From the NCBI RefSeq assembly GCF_009914755.1, contig NC_060935.1: a stretch of DNA of 64,000 nt; one strand, written 5' to 3'. Under the pieces are notes generated by a model that saw nothing but the letters and a program-made list of their open reading frames with translations, did not search any database and was not told where the DNA came from. This document shows positions 35,131-47,678 of the stretch, one piece after another (position 1 is the stretch's first letter; each line of letters starts with the position of its first letter). A program made the position numbers and the translations under genes. This DNA comes from the human T2T-CHM13v2.0 reference genome, Homo sapiens.

Positions 35131-35283
35131 AGTTAGTGACTGAAATTATTATTATTATTGTTAATAACCCACAACCTAATAAATTCCAAAGAATGATCGC
35201 ATACTTGGCCTGGAATAGTTATTGCAATTTAGCGAAGGAATATCCTGGATAAAACTTGAACCAAAACCAAATAGGACAGATGG

Positions 35284-35400
35284 TTTTATTCACTTATTCA
35301 ACAACTACTTATTGATCATCTGTTATATGTCCAGAAGTATGCTAGGTGCTACGGACAAAGAGTTATGTTTCTGACCTGGAGGAGCTCACAACTTAGTGGA
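35284..35400 (-). mobile_element. L2 3' end
   Basis: attcacttattcaacaa...tgctaggtgct...ggagctcacaacttagtgg. Confidence 0.75.
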
Positions 35401-35499
35401 CGGGGAGGGGTGGGATGAGGAGTTGGAGAAGTGAGATAATCATCAGACAGTTTAGTACTAGGAAAGAAAGTGGTGATTGTTAGGAGTCAGAATGAGCCA

Positions 35500-36125
35500 T
35501 TAAAAATGATTTATTTTTATTCTTTGGTAGGGTTTTGGCTTAATAGATCAAGGAGCACTGTAGAGGGAATATGTCTGGATTTTAGCAAAACACTATAGTC
35601 TCTTATTACCTAACTTATAAGATAAATATTCAGTAAAATATTATGACAAGCAAAACTTAAAACATGGACTGAATCATAGTACAGTGAGGTAAAACTTATT
35701 TTAGTACAATGTGTTGAGTATCAAAAGGTTGATTAATACTTAGGTACTAACATGAAGGGATGTCTTTCATGGTACCATGGGGCTCTGTCCTTGACTGTCC
35801 TCTTCATAAACATAGTGAAGAAATGGATGACATGCTCATCAAATTTACATGACACAAAAATCTGGGAGGGAAAATGAGGGTTATGGATGATATTTAAGAC
35901 TTAAAGAAGTGCTAACAAGTTGGAATGACATGCTTAAAGCAGATGAAATGTAATACAGAAAAAGACACATTTAAAAAATTCGATTGCATAGTACAAGATA
36001 GAGAAGAGGTGAGTAAGCAATAATTCACATGACAAATCCAGAAATTTTTCTTGACGATGAGCTCAATTTTAGCCAATAGTTTGATAAGCCTACCAGAAAG
36101 TTAATGCATTCTTATGCTATGCTAG
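35500..36125 (+). mobile_element. L3/CR1 reverse-transcriptase fragment
   Basis: CLDFSK (35572), VPWGSVL (35772), MLIKF..DTK..GG (35832), and gttaatgcattctt resembling ANAIL, in CR1 RT order. Confidence 0.82.
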
Positions 36126-36329
36126 TTAAAGTATAATATGAAAATATGCTTATGCATATGGCTAATTTAGCAAATACCAAACTATGTTAAAATTATTTGT
36201 TTAGCATGTCTTGCACTAGATTGTGAAATTCTTAAATAAAGAGACTGTGAGTTGTTTATTTTCATATTCCCAAGATTTAGCTCACTTCTTGGAATGTTCA
36301 AGGAATAATTGTCAAATGACTAACACATA

Positions 36330-36630
36330 ATTATTATGTGTAGAGGCTGCTCTAAGAACTTTAATGTAATTAGCTTAATTACACCTATTGAGGAAAGTAA
36401 TAGTATTATTTCCATTTTACAGTTGAGAAAACCAAGTCCTCCATATGTGGCTTATGAATTAGAGGGTGCAGGAAGGCAAAATATACAAAAACTTTCTGAA
36501 TATCAATATGGAAAATAGTTTTAGATTTCTTCCTTCAAGGTTTTCAAAAGACACAAGCAACTTGTCCAATGTCACATACCTATAAGTGACAGAGCTGAGA
36601 GCTGAACCCCCTGAAGTCAAACTTTTACGC
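36330..36630 (-). mobile_element. MIR interrupted by ~100 bp of unassigned sequence
   Basis: ccattttacagttgagaaaac ... aacttgtccaatgtcacatacctataagtgacagagc. Confidence 0.7.
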
Positions 36631-37739
36631 TTATGTTCTTACACACTTTGCTCTACTACAGTGTTTACATAATGATATGCTGTTGGACTGAATGCCTCAG
36701 AGCATAGTAAGGTTCAAGGGTTAATGGAGATACTTTTCTTTCCTTTCTCTTTTCTTCCCTCTCTCCCTCCTTTTCCTTCCTTCTTTATCCTTTTATAAAA
36801 AAGTATTCAAATCAGCTTATAAAAATAAATGCAACCTTTTTTTTTTAAACAGAGAAATTCTGGCTAAGGGAAAATAGGGGTAGGTAAATAAGATGGAGCC
36901 ATGGTAAGGTTAGTACACAAAACACATACAGTGAGGTCCTATCTCTGTAACATTCTTCGTGACTTCTCAACTCCATGTTTGTAGAGCTCCTTTTTCTCAC
37001 CTTCTATTGCATTTCTTGTCTACATGATGCATTTGGCACTCCGTCATACATTTCTAATACTTTTGTGGGTGTAGCTTTCATTTTCTCAATAAGATTATAT
37101 GCTTCTTGAGGCAGGAACCTTGTCATATCATCTTCCATATGCTTTTGGACCTTAATATAATACTAGATTTACAGTAGACTCTCTCTAAACATCTGTTGAA
37201 TTGAAAGGACTTTTAATTATCGAGAGTTAATCAGCATCTATTTCTGAACTTTTCTCAAATCCTTGTTTCTTTCCTTTCTCTTTCTGTTTTCCTGGAACCC
37301 CAGGCAGAATTAATGATTCTGAGTGTTCTTGCAAAAACACAAACAAAAACAAAACAAAAAAAACTGTATATTTTAACTATAAAACTTTGAACTACTAGTT
37401 ATATTTCTGTTTCCTCCTATAGATTGTGAATTATTTGGCAACATAACTTATTTATGCTCATATTTCACTCTGAGGTAAATTACTAGTAGATACTAGGATT
37501 CAATATGTTTGGAAAGAAGGGGAAGAAAAAGAGGAGAGACAGAGGATTGTTTTTTTCCCTTTTTGCCATTCTATTGCTGATTATCAGCAATGCCAGAGAG
37601 ACGGTAGAAGAAAAAATTCAGGTAACAAAATTTTGCATCTTGAAAGAGTCTTAATGAGGGGGAAATAGTTAAAATTATTTGCTATCATGAGATTTTAGAG
37701 TTTGTATGTTTTACTTTTCTATACCCCTTTTTATAAATA

Positions 37740-37990
37740 GCATAGTAATTAAGAGTATGGAGCTCAACCAACTGGGTTCAAATGCTGGCTATACTACTGC
37801 ATAGGTATATGACTTTGGGCAAGGAATTTATTTCTCTGTGCCCCAGCCTCATCATCTATAAAATGGAGTTAACAAAAGTATCTATACTTCATAGGGCTAA
37901 CAGTGTGAATCAACTAAAGATACATAAGTCAGGAATAATTTGGAATGGTGCCTACTACATAAAAAGTGCTATAGAAGTGTTTGCTGTTAT
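37740..37990 (+). mobile_element. MIR
   Basis: ctgggttcaaat, gactttgggcaag, cctcatcatctataaaatgg. Confidence 0.82.
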
Positions 37991-39099
37991 CATGACTCCC
38001 CTGTTTTTGAGAGATTGAATTTCTCATCTTGGACTGCAAAGTCTGGAATACCAGCTACTACTAAAGGATCAACTGCTCTTTTTGAGAACTGGAAACACTC
38101 CAAGATTTACTTTCAGCCAGGCACTCTGTACTTCCTGGAGCGATGCTGGCCGCAAAAGCAATGCTCATAGAAGATAATGAAGTACCACATGACTGCAAAG
38201 TCAAGAATGCCTAACCCCTAGAAACACCCAAAGAAACTTGGTTTAGATTTACCCTATGTTTGAAAGCCTAATAGGTATGAGGCAGGCAAGCATCCAACTA
38301 AGGAGTGGCTCAGGCTATGGAGAAGAAACCCTGGGGATGCGAGGATGGCCCCACAGAGCCCCCTGACTCAGCTGTGACATTCCTGACAGCTGGACAGAGG
38401 AACTGGCTCCAAGACCTGAATCCAAGTTTACAAATTCCTTATGTTAAAAGTGATGAAACAGAGGCAAATGATGCCATGCTAGATTTTTATTCTTGTAACA
38501 ACTTAACTTGGTGTAGTTTATTGAAGTTTATAAAAGCTCTTTCCAATACGTTATCTCATTGATTTACTTGTGAAAGATAAAAGACAGGTACCTTTATTAA
38601 AAATTCATAACATAAGCATAAATATCAAAAGTATCATACACATTTACATATTACCCTCAAAATCATTATCAGTCTGTCTTTCTCCTCTTATTCAATGGGG
38701 TACTGTTTTTCTTAGAGATATGGAAATATTACTTCTTGGGTCTAGAAGTAGAAAAATAGATTAAGGAAAATGGAATTATTGAAAAGTTTATCTCAGCTAG
38801 ATGAGAAGAACAGTATTGGTTCCAGAAACAGAGCTCAAATGTTTAGATTTGGCTATACAGCCTCAGCCTGTGCAGAAAGTGATGGTAGACACATGCCTCC
38901 AATCTGATGGTTTGCAGCTTCAATCTCACCCCAAACTCTGATTGGAATCTACTCCAGATCCCATCTTGCCCAAGCTTCCCAAGATACTCACAATTCCAGA
39001 TACTGTCTACTGCCCATTCCAGATACTCACAATAAGAAGAGGTAATTGAGGAGCAAATAGCCAGCAAATTCAATTCCAATCAATCCAATTCAGCTTTAT

Positions 39100-39340
39100 T
39101 GAATTAAATTCAGTTAAACATACCAATATTGACCTCCTTATGGCTATATGAATGTACTAATAAGCTTGGTTTGGTATTGAGCATACAAAAATATTAATAT
39201 ATTATTCCTGCCTTTAAAGAGCTCATAATTTAATGAATTAGACTTACATAAAGCTAATAAAAGCCAGGTTGTAGGGTATCTTATAAGAGACACAAATAAA
39301 ATGGGCAATGGTAACACAGAAGAAAGAACAGTTTTTGCTG
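39100..39340 (-). mobile_element. L2 fragment
   Basis: cctgcctttaaagagctcataat. Confidence 0.55.
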
Positions 39341-39369
39341 ATGGGGCAAGTTAAGTGCCCTGATATACA

Positions 39370-39530
39370 ACATTTCGTATAATCCCATAAAGTCATCAAG
39401 GTAAAAACTGATTATCCCTGTTTCAGCCATGGGGCAACTGAACCTGAGACAAGTTGCTCAAAGTTATGCAGGAAGCGAGGGAACTTAAACTTGAACTCAG
39501 GTCTTCTGAAGTTGAAGCTTGTGATTTGCT
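39370..39530 (-). mobile_element. MIR
   Basis: ggcaactgaacctgag...ttgaactcaggtcttctga. Confidence 0.65.
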
Positions 39531-41889
39531 CACCAAAGTTTCACTGACGATCCCAGTTCCTGATGATGGATTTGTTAACTTCCACTATAGGGTTCCTAAG
39601 ACTATACATACCATGGAAAGGCAAGTGACTTATGCTTAGATGGCCATGGGACTACCTTGATGCTACTTCTGGGGGGAACTGAATTAACTAAAGATATATA
39701 ATTTAGGAATAATTTGGAATGGTGCCTGGTGTACATAAAAGTGCTATAGAAGTGGTTGCTATTATTGTGACCCCCATTTTTGAAAGATCAAATTTCTCAA
39801 TCTTCATTTCTCAGTGAAGTGTTGTAGCTGGATGACAAGTAAGGCCATGCTAGGGAAATGGGAGTCTCTGCTTGGAGTCCACTCAATAAAGAAGAGATGC
39901 AAAATCCCAGAAATCAGTCCCAGGAATGGGCTCTTCTCCCTGATCTCATGTAGTGCTTCTGTATCTGCAACAGATACTGATAGTGCACACCTGTACCACT
40001 GCCACCAAAGCAACAAGCCTGTGGGGTGTGGGTGTGTGTGTATGTGTGTTTTCAGGCAGAACAAGTAATGCTATGGACTTGTTCTAGAACCATTTTTCTG
40101 TAGACTGTTCATGGCACTCACCTTAGGAAGTTAATACTTCTAAGTGATGCCTAGGCAAACTGCCAGTTGTTTTTGCTTATCATTAATATGTGCTTCTGAT
40201 TTGGTTACCATGGTTACAGGAAACTTCAGCGATGGCTTTCATTCAAATCAGCCATCCTGTCTTTCATCCATGGTGAATGTTGTACTCTGACCCAGCATTC
40301 CAGTCTGGTCCCATCCAAGCAAGGAGCCACATCCCTATGTGTTGTTATAGTTTTCAAGGGTAGTAAATTGTGTAAGGGAGCCCTATATTTTTTTAAAATT
40401 ATGGCGTACTTTTATAATTAAGTGAAATGCTACCTCTTAAAAATAAAGCAGGATATTTATTCCTAATGGGAGCCTCAAACCCACTTCTGGGAGGGGCCAT
40501 TAACCTCCAGTGGTGAGGACTTTACCCCCAAGGGGAAAATTAATTTTCTTTGCATTTTTCCTCCAAAGCAATCAGAATTCATCAGAACTACTCTCCTTCA
40601 TCACTACATAGTGGGGGATACTAAATATTATGATTGGTCTCAACTTTGTTTATTATTACCAAAGGCAGAATCACCACCAACCCATGAAATTACTTCCCAT
40701 TTTAGCAGGATGACCTTTAGAACTGCCAGCCCTCAAAAAAGTGCCTGGGGAATCCTTAGCTCATTCTTCTGATGTGATGCCTAGCTGCCTCTGCCTGTGA
40801 TACATGAGGCATTCACAGAAGGCACCAGCTAAGATGCTGCAAGCTTGAAAACAGGCATGTGCTTCCTGGGTCTATAATCAGCTCCCCACGGGCTTTCCTT
40901 CACCATGGCTTCTCCCCTTCAGCACGTGCTACTCGTGGAGGTTGTTGGTAGGGCCTTTAAATATACTTTTCCAACTCAAAGCTGCCCTTGCCATACATTT
41001 TTCAGTTTCATCTGCATACAAGTATTGGGCAGGGTAGGTGAGGGATCCACTTACAATGATTGGTCTTGGGCCCCACCACCAGGTTTTGATCACAATAAGA
41101 AAATGCTCTTTCTCATTATATATCTTATTTTGGTACATCACTCTTTGCAGTGGCTTCATTTTGTGCTATCTGGAGGGGACCACGGATAATTATTTTACTT
41201 TGAATTTTTAAAATAGGAACCCCTTATTCGGCTCCCCTAAAACTCAGGCAGCAGGCAGCTCTGGCAGTCCCCCAGAGCAAATAATGACTTGGTATTTCAA
41301 TATTCATTCTGAGCATTGTCTATTCCCCTGGGAGGTCAGGCACATGGCCCTCTAGAAATCAAATAGCAATAAAATCCAGTTTGAGCTGGTCAAAGTTAAG
41401 ACATTTCGGGGAATGTGGGATTGTTTTTTCTACAGGCATAAATCTGACCACACCACTGTCTGTAGCTTCTTCTCAAGGACAACAAGTAAAGTTGCTATAT
41501 TCAGGAATGAATCTGACTTGGGCAAAAGGGCTCAAATTAACTAGTTCCTTGCTTGCCAACCAAATATTTCCCAGAGCCAAAGTCACAGTGAGGATGTCTA
41601 ATGAGGAAAGAAGAGGTAACAATTCTTATTTGCCTGCAGCCTGATTTCAGCTGGGAAAAGTTTAATTTAGTGCTTGTGTGGGCGGGCATGTGCAAATTTG
41701 CAGAATAACTTGCATTAACTGTTTATTTACTTGTCCTTTGGAATTTGGCATGCAGCCTGGCAGCCAGTCACTGGCCAACACAGCAAAAGTGGGGAGTAAG
41801 GAAAGTTTATTTTAGACAACCCTGCTGCCTCTTTCTGCTCCTTTCCACATCTGTGGCATTCCCTCCCCCAGGTGTCCTGAGCTATTATG

Positions 41890-41912
41890 TTCTCTCTCTC
41901 TCTCTCTCTCTC
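41890..41912 (+). repeat. (TC)n microsatellite
   Basis: Read directly. Confidence 0.9.
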
Positions 41913-42267
41913 TTGCTGTCTTGCTCTCTATCTCTCAGATTTGCTCTGGAAAATATGAATAAGTCATTTGTTCTAAGTTATGAGACATCATCCCAAGGGA
42001 ACAATAACATCTTTTTTATTCAGCAGTATTAGAAAATGAGGTATTCTACAAAAATAAAATTTCTAGATCAATAAAAATGATAATTTTAAGTGCCAATTAA
42101 AAAATTAATTGGCTTGGATAGACACATTTAAAAATGCATTATTTGTATTACTGTCTTCCTTCACAGAGTGCTAAAAATTATAATGAACCAATTATGTAGC
42201 ATTTGGCACATTACAAAGTGCTTTCATATACATTTTCTCATTGATTTTTCACAAATTTAAAAGGAAA

Positions 42268-42612
42268 TGTATTAATTCGTTTTCACGCTGCTGATAAAGA
42301 CACACCTGAGACTGGGTAATTTATAAAGAAATAAAGAGGTTTAATGGACGTTCCACGTGGCTGGGGAGACCTCACAATCACGGCAGAAAGCAAAAGGTAT
42401 GTCTTACATGGTGGCAGACAAGAGAGAATGAGAACCAAGTGAAAGGAGAAACCCCTTATAAAATCATCAGCTCTCGTGAGACTTATCCACTATCATGAGA
42501 ATAGTATGGGAGGAACCACCCGCATGATTCAGTTATCTCCTACAACATGTGGGAATTATGGGAGCTACAATTCAAGATGAGATTTGGGTGGGGACACAGC
42601 CAAATCATATCA
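42268..42612 (-). mobile_element. THE1 (B/C-like) MaLR solo LTR
   Basis: tgtatta...gacacagccaaatcatatca; near-TSD ggaaa / ggaag. Confidence 0.95.
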
Positions 42613-43229
42613 GGAAGATACTGGGTTCATGTTTGTGGTGTGGGAATTATTGTCTCAAGTATGAGTTGCTATGCTGTAATTCATGCTGTGCTGTAATACA
42701 ATGATGTCATATGTGTCTATTCAGGGTGTACAATATTTGCCCCTTTCTCAGGTCCCAATTTGCTTGTTATGCTTTCTGGTCCTTGTGGCTGCTACCTCTG
42801 TAGGATCAACTCCTATTTCTCATTGCAGGAGATCTTATATCCAGCAGCTTAGACCATCCAGTTTGGTTTCATATATATATGCCTCCTTCAATTAACTGCT
42901 TCTAACTTCATGCAGGCTGGGAAATCAGATGAATTAGTTTATTATAATAGTGTCTTCAAATAAGACCAAAGAAGCTATCCATTTATTTCAGATTGGCCCT
43001 CACACTGACTTAATTTCCAAAATACAAAGGTTTAATATTTTCCTGTCTGACCACATTTTCTCAGGCCATGACCCTGTTTCGACCTCGTGTCGGTGATGCT
43101 CATGATGCCACAATTATGATTCTCAAATTTCTTTACTTCTGAGAAAACTCAACTATTAGCTTTCTCTGATTCTGTTCCCAGCCTGCTGAATGTTCCTCAG
43201 GAAGATCAGAAAACCATGTTGAATAGTAC

Positions 43230-43770
43230 ATTATAACTTAAAGATTTGCGAAAGCAGTGTATTATTTATAGAAAATATAGAAGGTGAATTTTGACATGGT
43301 CCCTTTCCCAATAAAGGAAATAAATCACCAAGTCACCTATAATCCCCATACTCCAACCCAAGCTCTGTTGGGAGGTTTGGCCTATTTCCCTTCAGTTCTG
43401 TTTCTATGTGCATACATGCACATGCATGTGTGTGTCTGTGTGTGCATTTAGATAATACTTTCAATTTTTTCTTCTTGTTTTTTACTTTTTTATGTCATTG
43501 GCATGTTCCCTTGTCATTGTATGTTTTTTATACCTATTATATTTAATGATTACATTATAATTTGTCAAGTAGTTGTATCACACATATTTTTATGATAATT
43601 ATGTCTCTATTATCATATATGTAGCTTTTTTATTTTTTATGGTTTGTGATATTATAAATAACTGCAGAAAACTTTTATATTTAGGACATTTTCTCTAATT
43701 AGGATTGTTTCCTAAACTCCTTAACGTTGAAATTACTGGATCAAATGGCAAGAACATTTTAAAAACTTTA
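43230..43770 (-). mobile_element. Diverged L1ME 3' region
   Basis: T-rich; gaaattactggatcaaatggcaagaacattt. Confidence 0.55.
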
Positions 43771-43819
43771 AGTCTTTAGAATCTTAAGCCTTTTCTTCTT
43801 CACTTACATTTTTATCTTT

Positions 43820-44500
43820 TCCTATTAAATATGCTACTAATTGAACATTATCTTGTGTCTACATTATGTCAAGCACTAGGGATGACAAGGGGAATAACAC
43901 ATGGTCCCAATCCACAAGAGATCCTCAGTTTGCTGTTATCCTGTGATCAGTGCCACAATGAGATAGCATTTACTTGGAGTAGCAGTGACACAGAGGAGAG
44001 TCTATCTAGCTTTTGACAGAGGAGACCAGATGTGTGCATTAAATTTTGAAGAATAAGCAGGAATTCATCAGGCAAAGGCACAGATCCTGGAGAATCATGC
44101 TGTGTTCTGAAAATTACAAGTACTTCATTATCACTGGAACATAGTGGGGTACAAATAAAATAAGAACATCTGCTACAATTTATTGCAAGTTGTGCAGCAA
44201 GTATTTGCTAAATATTTTATTGACATCATCTCCATCAATCTTTACAACAACCTTGTGAGGTAGGTATTACTAGTCTCGTTTTAGAAAGGAAGATTACTTA
44301 GTCATTCAATAAGGATAAGTAGTAGAACTTGTATTTGAACACAGGTGCACATGACTGTATAGCTTGTGCACCTAATCATCATGTTGCACTACCACTTGGA
44401 TACAAATAGAGTTATGGGAGCTGAGGCTGGTAAGTAAAGAAGGACTAGCTCATATAGGTCCTTCTAATTCGTGCTAAGGAGTATGGGCTTTTTGTTCCCC
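43820..44500 (-). mobile_element. L2 fragments split by a MIR
   Basis: tgtcaagcactaggga...gaataagcaggaattcatcaggc...tgctaaggagtatgggcttt. Confidence 0.6.
44170..44390 (-). mobile_element. MIR
   Basis: acaacaaccttgtgaggtaggtatta. Confidence 0.7.
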
Positions 44501-44559
44501 TAATGCAGAAGATTGGTTATTTCCTCTTTTGTTCTCTTGTCAGACTTGTATAGATTTCT

Positions 44560-44715
44560 ATTGCAACACTCATTATACATATTGCTAGTGTTATGTCTCT
44601 TCCATTGAACTGAGATCCTCAAGTGAAGGGCTTGTCTCTTTTTTACATTTGTCTTCTCTGTAATTAGCTTAGGGCCCAGCAAAGAGCAGGCATGGAATCA
44701 ATATGAATGAATGAA
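44560..44715 (+). mobile_element. L2 3' end
   Basis: ccattgaactgagatcctc...tgaatgaatgaa tail. Confidence 0.65.
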
Positions 44716-44730
44716 GAAATTGTGGATGTG

Positions 44731-45220
44731 TTTTCTTTTTTTTATTATACTTTAAGTTCTGGGAAACATGTGCAGAACATGCAGTTTTGTTACATAGACA
44801 TACATGTGCCATGGTGATTTGCTGCACTCGTCAACCCTTCATCTACGTTAGGTATTTCTCCTAACGCTATCCCTCCCCTTACCCCTCATCCGCCTACAGG
44901 CCCTGGTGTATGATGTTCCTCTCCCTGTGTCCATGTGTTCTTATTGTTCAACTCCCACTTAGGAGTGAGAACATGCAGTGTTTGGTTTCCTGTTCTTGTG
45001 TTAGTTTGCTGAGAATGATGGTTTCCAGCTTCATCCATGTCCCTGCAAAGGACATGAACTCATCCCTTTTTACGGCTGCATGGTATTCCATGGTGTATAT
45101 GTGCCACATTTCCTTTGTCTAGTCTATCATTGATGGCATGTGGGTTGGTTCCAAGTCTTTGCTATTGTGAATAGTGCCACAATAAACACACGTGTGCATG
45201 TGTCTTCATAGTAGAATGAT
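44731..45220 (-). mobile_element. L1PA (L1PA7-like) 3' end, ~490 bp
   Basis: ttattatactttaagttctggg; TSD gaaattgtg(g/c)at at 44716 and 45221. Confidence 0.95.
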
Positions 45221-45245
45221 GAAATTGTGCATTTTTAAGCCAGAA

Positions 45246-45548
45246 CATTGATGTGCTGGAGCAGGCTCTTTCTGGCTTATAATTGTCAATCATTATTTTT
45301 TCAGAAATTATCTGAGCTTGTTGTTAAACACAGCCATATTAAAAATTAAATTATATAAGCTTAAAATGAAATATATTATTAAAATCAAAGGTAACACACA
45401 CTGTCAAGACTCATAACAATTATTTTACATAATGTGTGCTCTCGAGGGTATTTCACCTATTGCCTTTGTATGGTGGAAATATTCTACAATAGTGAACATC
45501 TCTTTTCACCTCTTTACTCACATTGGTAACTTGAAATTGTTCATAGTG
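45246..45548 (+). mobile_element. MER63 (hAT-Blackjack) DNA transposon, partial
   Basis: tgtgctggagc, gttgttaaacacagccatattaaaaattaaattatataa, tgtatggtggaaata. Confidence 0.85.
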
Positions 45549-45549
45549 C

Positions 45550-46130
45550 CAACCATCTCTTCTTTTAAAACTCCTCCTTAGGTTTTGTGATATTCATTGC
45601 ACTAATTTCCCGGTTTCTCTGACCATTCCTTTTTCCTTTACGAGTTCCTCTCTAACCTGTCTTTTAAAGGTTATTTCTTTAGTCCTCTTAAATCTTCTTG
45701 CTTTTCATCAGTTTTATCTACTTCCAAGGCATCAACTTCTGTCTCTATACAAATGACTTTTATGTTCTTATATCCAACCTCAGCTTTTCTTTTTAGCTGC
45801 AAATGCGTATCTCATTTCCAACTATCTGCTGGATATCTTGAACTAGGTATTCTAAAATATGTCTCAGACTTCACCTATCATATAACTGAGAACAGCCCCC
45901 CATCCCTTGCTGCCATTCTGACTTCCATAATTATGTTGATGACAACTCCTTTATTTAACTTAATTATCTGGGCTTGAATTCTTAACATAATTTTTGTTTC
46001 CTTCGTATCCTTTCCTCTTGACGTTTTTCTTAATCTTTATCTGAGAGTCTTTTCCTTATGTTTTCCTTCCTACTTAATGTGGTACAGTTGAGATAGCTTG
46101 ACTACATTTTGTCTTCTACTATAGTTACTT
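45550..46130 (+). mobile_element. L2 fragment
   Basis: tccaactatctgctggatatct; pyrimidine-rich L2 ORF2/3' region. Confidence 0.6.
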
Positions 46131-46184
46131 ATGCATTTGTCTTACACTTCTTACATCAAAAAGTTTTTTAAAAGGCAAGAACCA

Positions 46185-46612
46185 ATATTTAGAACATGCT
46201 ACCTTACATTGCAAGAGCGACTTCTGGATGTGATTAAATTAAAGACTTTGAGATGGGAAGATTATCCTGGATTATTGGAGCAGGCCCAACATAATCACAA
46301 GAGTCCTGATAAGAGGGAATCAGGGGGTATGAGTCTGAGAAGTGAGGACAGAAGATGAACTCCAGCATTACTTAGGGGACAGGGGCCACAAAATGCAGAT
46401 GATTCCTGCAAGCTGGAAGAGGTAGAGAAATGAATCCTCCCCTAGATACTTTGGAAGAAGCACAACTCTGCTGTCATTTAGATTTTAGCACACTGAGACT
46501 GATTTTGAACATCCGACCTCTTGAACTGTAAAATAATAAAGATAATAAAGTTGTGTTGTTTTAGTCCACTAAATTTGTAGTAATTTTTTACAGTAGTCAT
46601 AGAAAACAGATT
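46185..46612 (+). mobile_element. MLT1D-like MaLR LTR
   Basis: gagatgggaagattatcctggatta; tgtgttgttttagtccactaaatttgt. Confidence 0.85.
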
Positions 46613-46729
46613 CGAGGGATCTTGCTGGAAAGTACATTGTAATATTAGATGATGTCAAAGGCATCAGTTCTTAATGGTGGAATTCGAAGTACCTGTAAAT
46701 CTTTAATAAGATTTTGACTAATGTGATCA

Positions 46730-47263
46730 TGTATATTAATTATCTATTGCTGTGTAACAAAGTACCCCTAGAACTGGTGACTTAAAACAACAATAGGCAT
46801 TTATTATTTCTCAAAATTTATGTGGGTCCTAAACTCAGAGATGGTTGGCTGGTTGATTCTGGCTCATGATCTCTAAGGTTGCAGTCAAGATGTTAACCAG
46901 ATTTTCAATCCTCTGAAGGCTGAGTGGGACTGGAATATTCACTGTCAATGCTGAGATTGATGCTAGTTGTCAGTATGAGGCCTTTGTTTCTCTCCACATA
47001 GGCTTTTTCATAATAGGACTTTTTGAGCACCCTTAAAACAAGGCGGCATGGACTTCCTCCAGATCATGAAATCCAAGAGACAGAAATCAGCAGAAGCCTT
47101 CCTTTTTATAACCTAGCCTCAGAACTCACAATGCAACAGCATCACGTCCATTATATTATATTTATTAGAAATGATTCACCAAGTCTGCCCCACATTCAAG
47201 GGGAGGAGGATTAGACTCTCCCTTTTGTTAAAGAATTTGGGGACATGTTTTAAAATCACAACA
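46730..47263 (-). mobile_element. MLT1 (G/H-like) MaLR LTR
   Basis: tctattgctgtgtaacaaa...cttaaaacaaca; attcaaggggaggaggattagact. Confidence 0.85.
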
Positions 47264-47369
47264 TGCCTTAGAAACATAATAGCTAGAGCAATTACCCATT
47301 AACACACATATGGCATCTTGAATTTCACAATAGTATATAAAATAACGTATATGAGATAGTATATATTTT

Positions 47370-47520
47370 TATATACACCATCTCAATTGAGCTTTATAAA
47401 AGTTTGGCAAAACAGGTTATTATTATTACTACCCCCATTTTATAGAGAAGGAAAGTGGAGTTTAGAGACCTAAAGAAATTAACCAAATCTAGTTTTTGTG
47501 ACTCCAAAACTCATGCTCAG
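47370..47520 (-). mobile_element. MIR
   Basis: ccccattttatagagaaggaaagtggag. Confidence 0.6.
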
Positions 47521-47678
47521 TTTCATCTTCTACTTTCACTTTTTGTTTCACAGTTGCTTCTTTTCCCCAAAGCACAGATATCCTTGGTGAGACATAGATG
47601 TTGTTGTTACTGTAATTCATATGGTAATCTGCCTCTACTTAATGTCCAGTGACTCTACTGAGAATAAAGAAGAAATGT

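Noticed and set aside
38117-38274. Possible exon bounded by tttactttcag| and |gtatga
   Set aside because: Splice signals are only moderate and no convincing reading frame spans it; it cannot be supported without transcript data.
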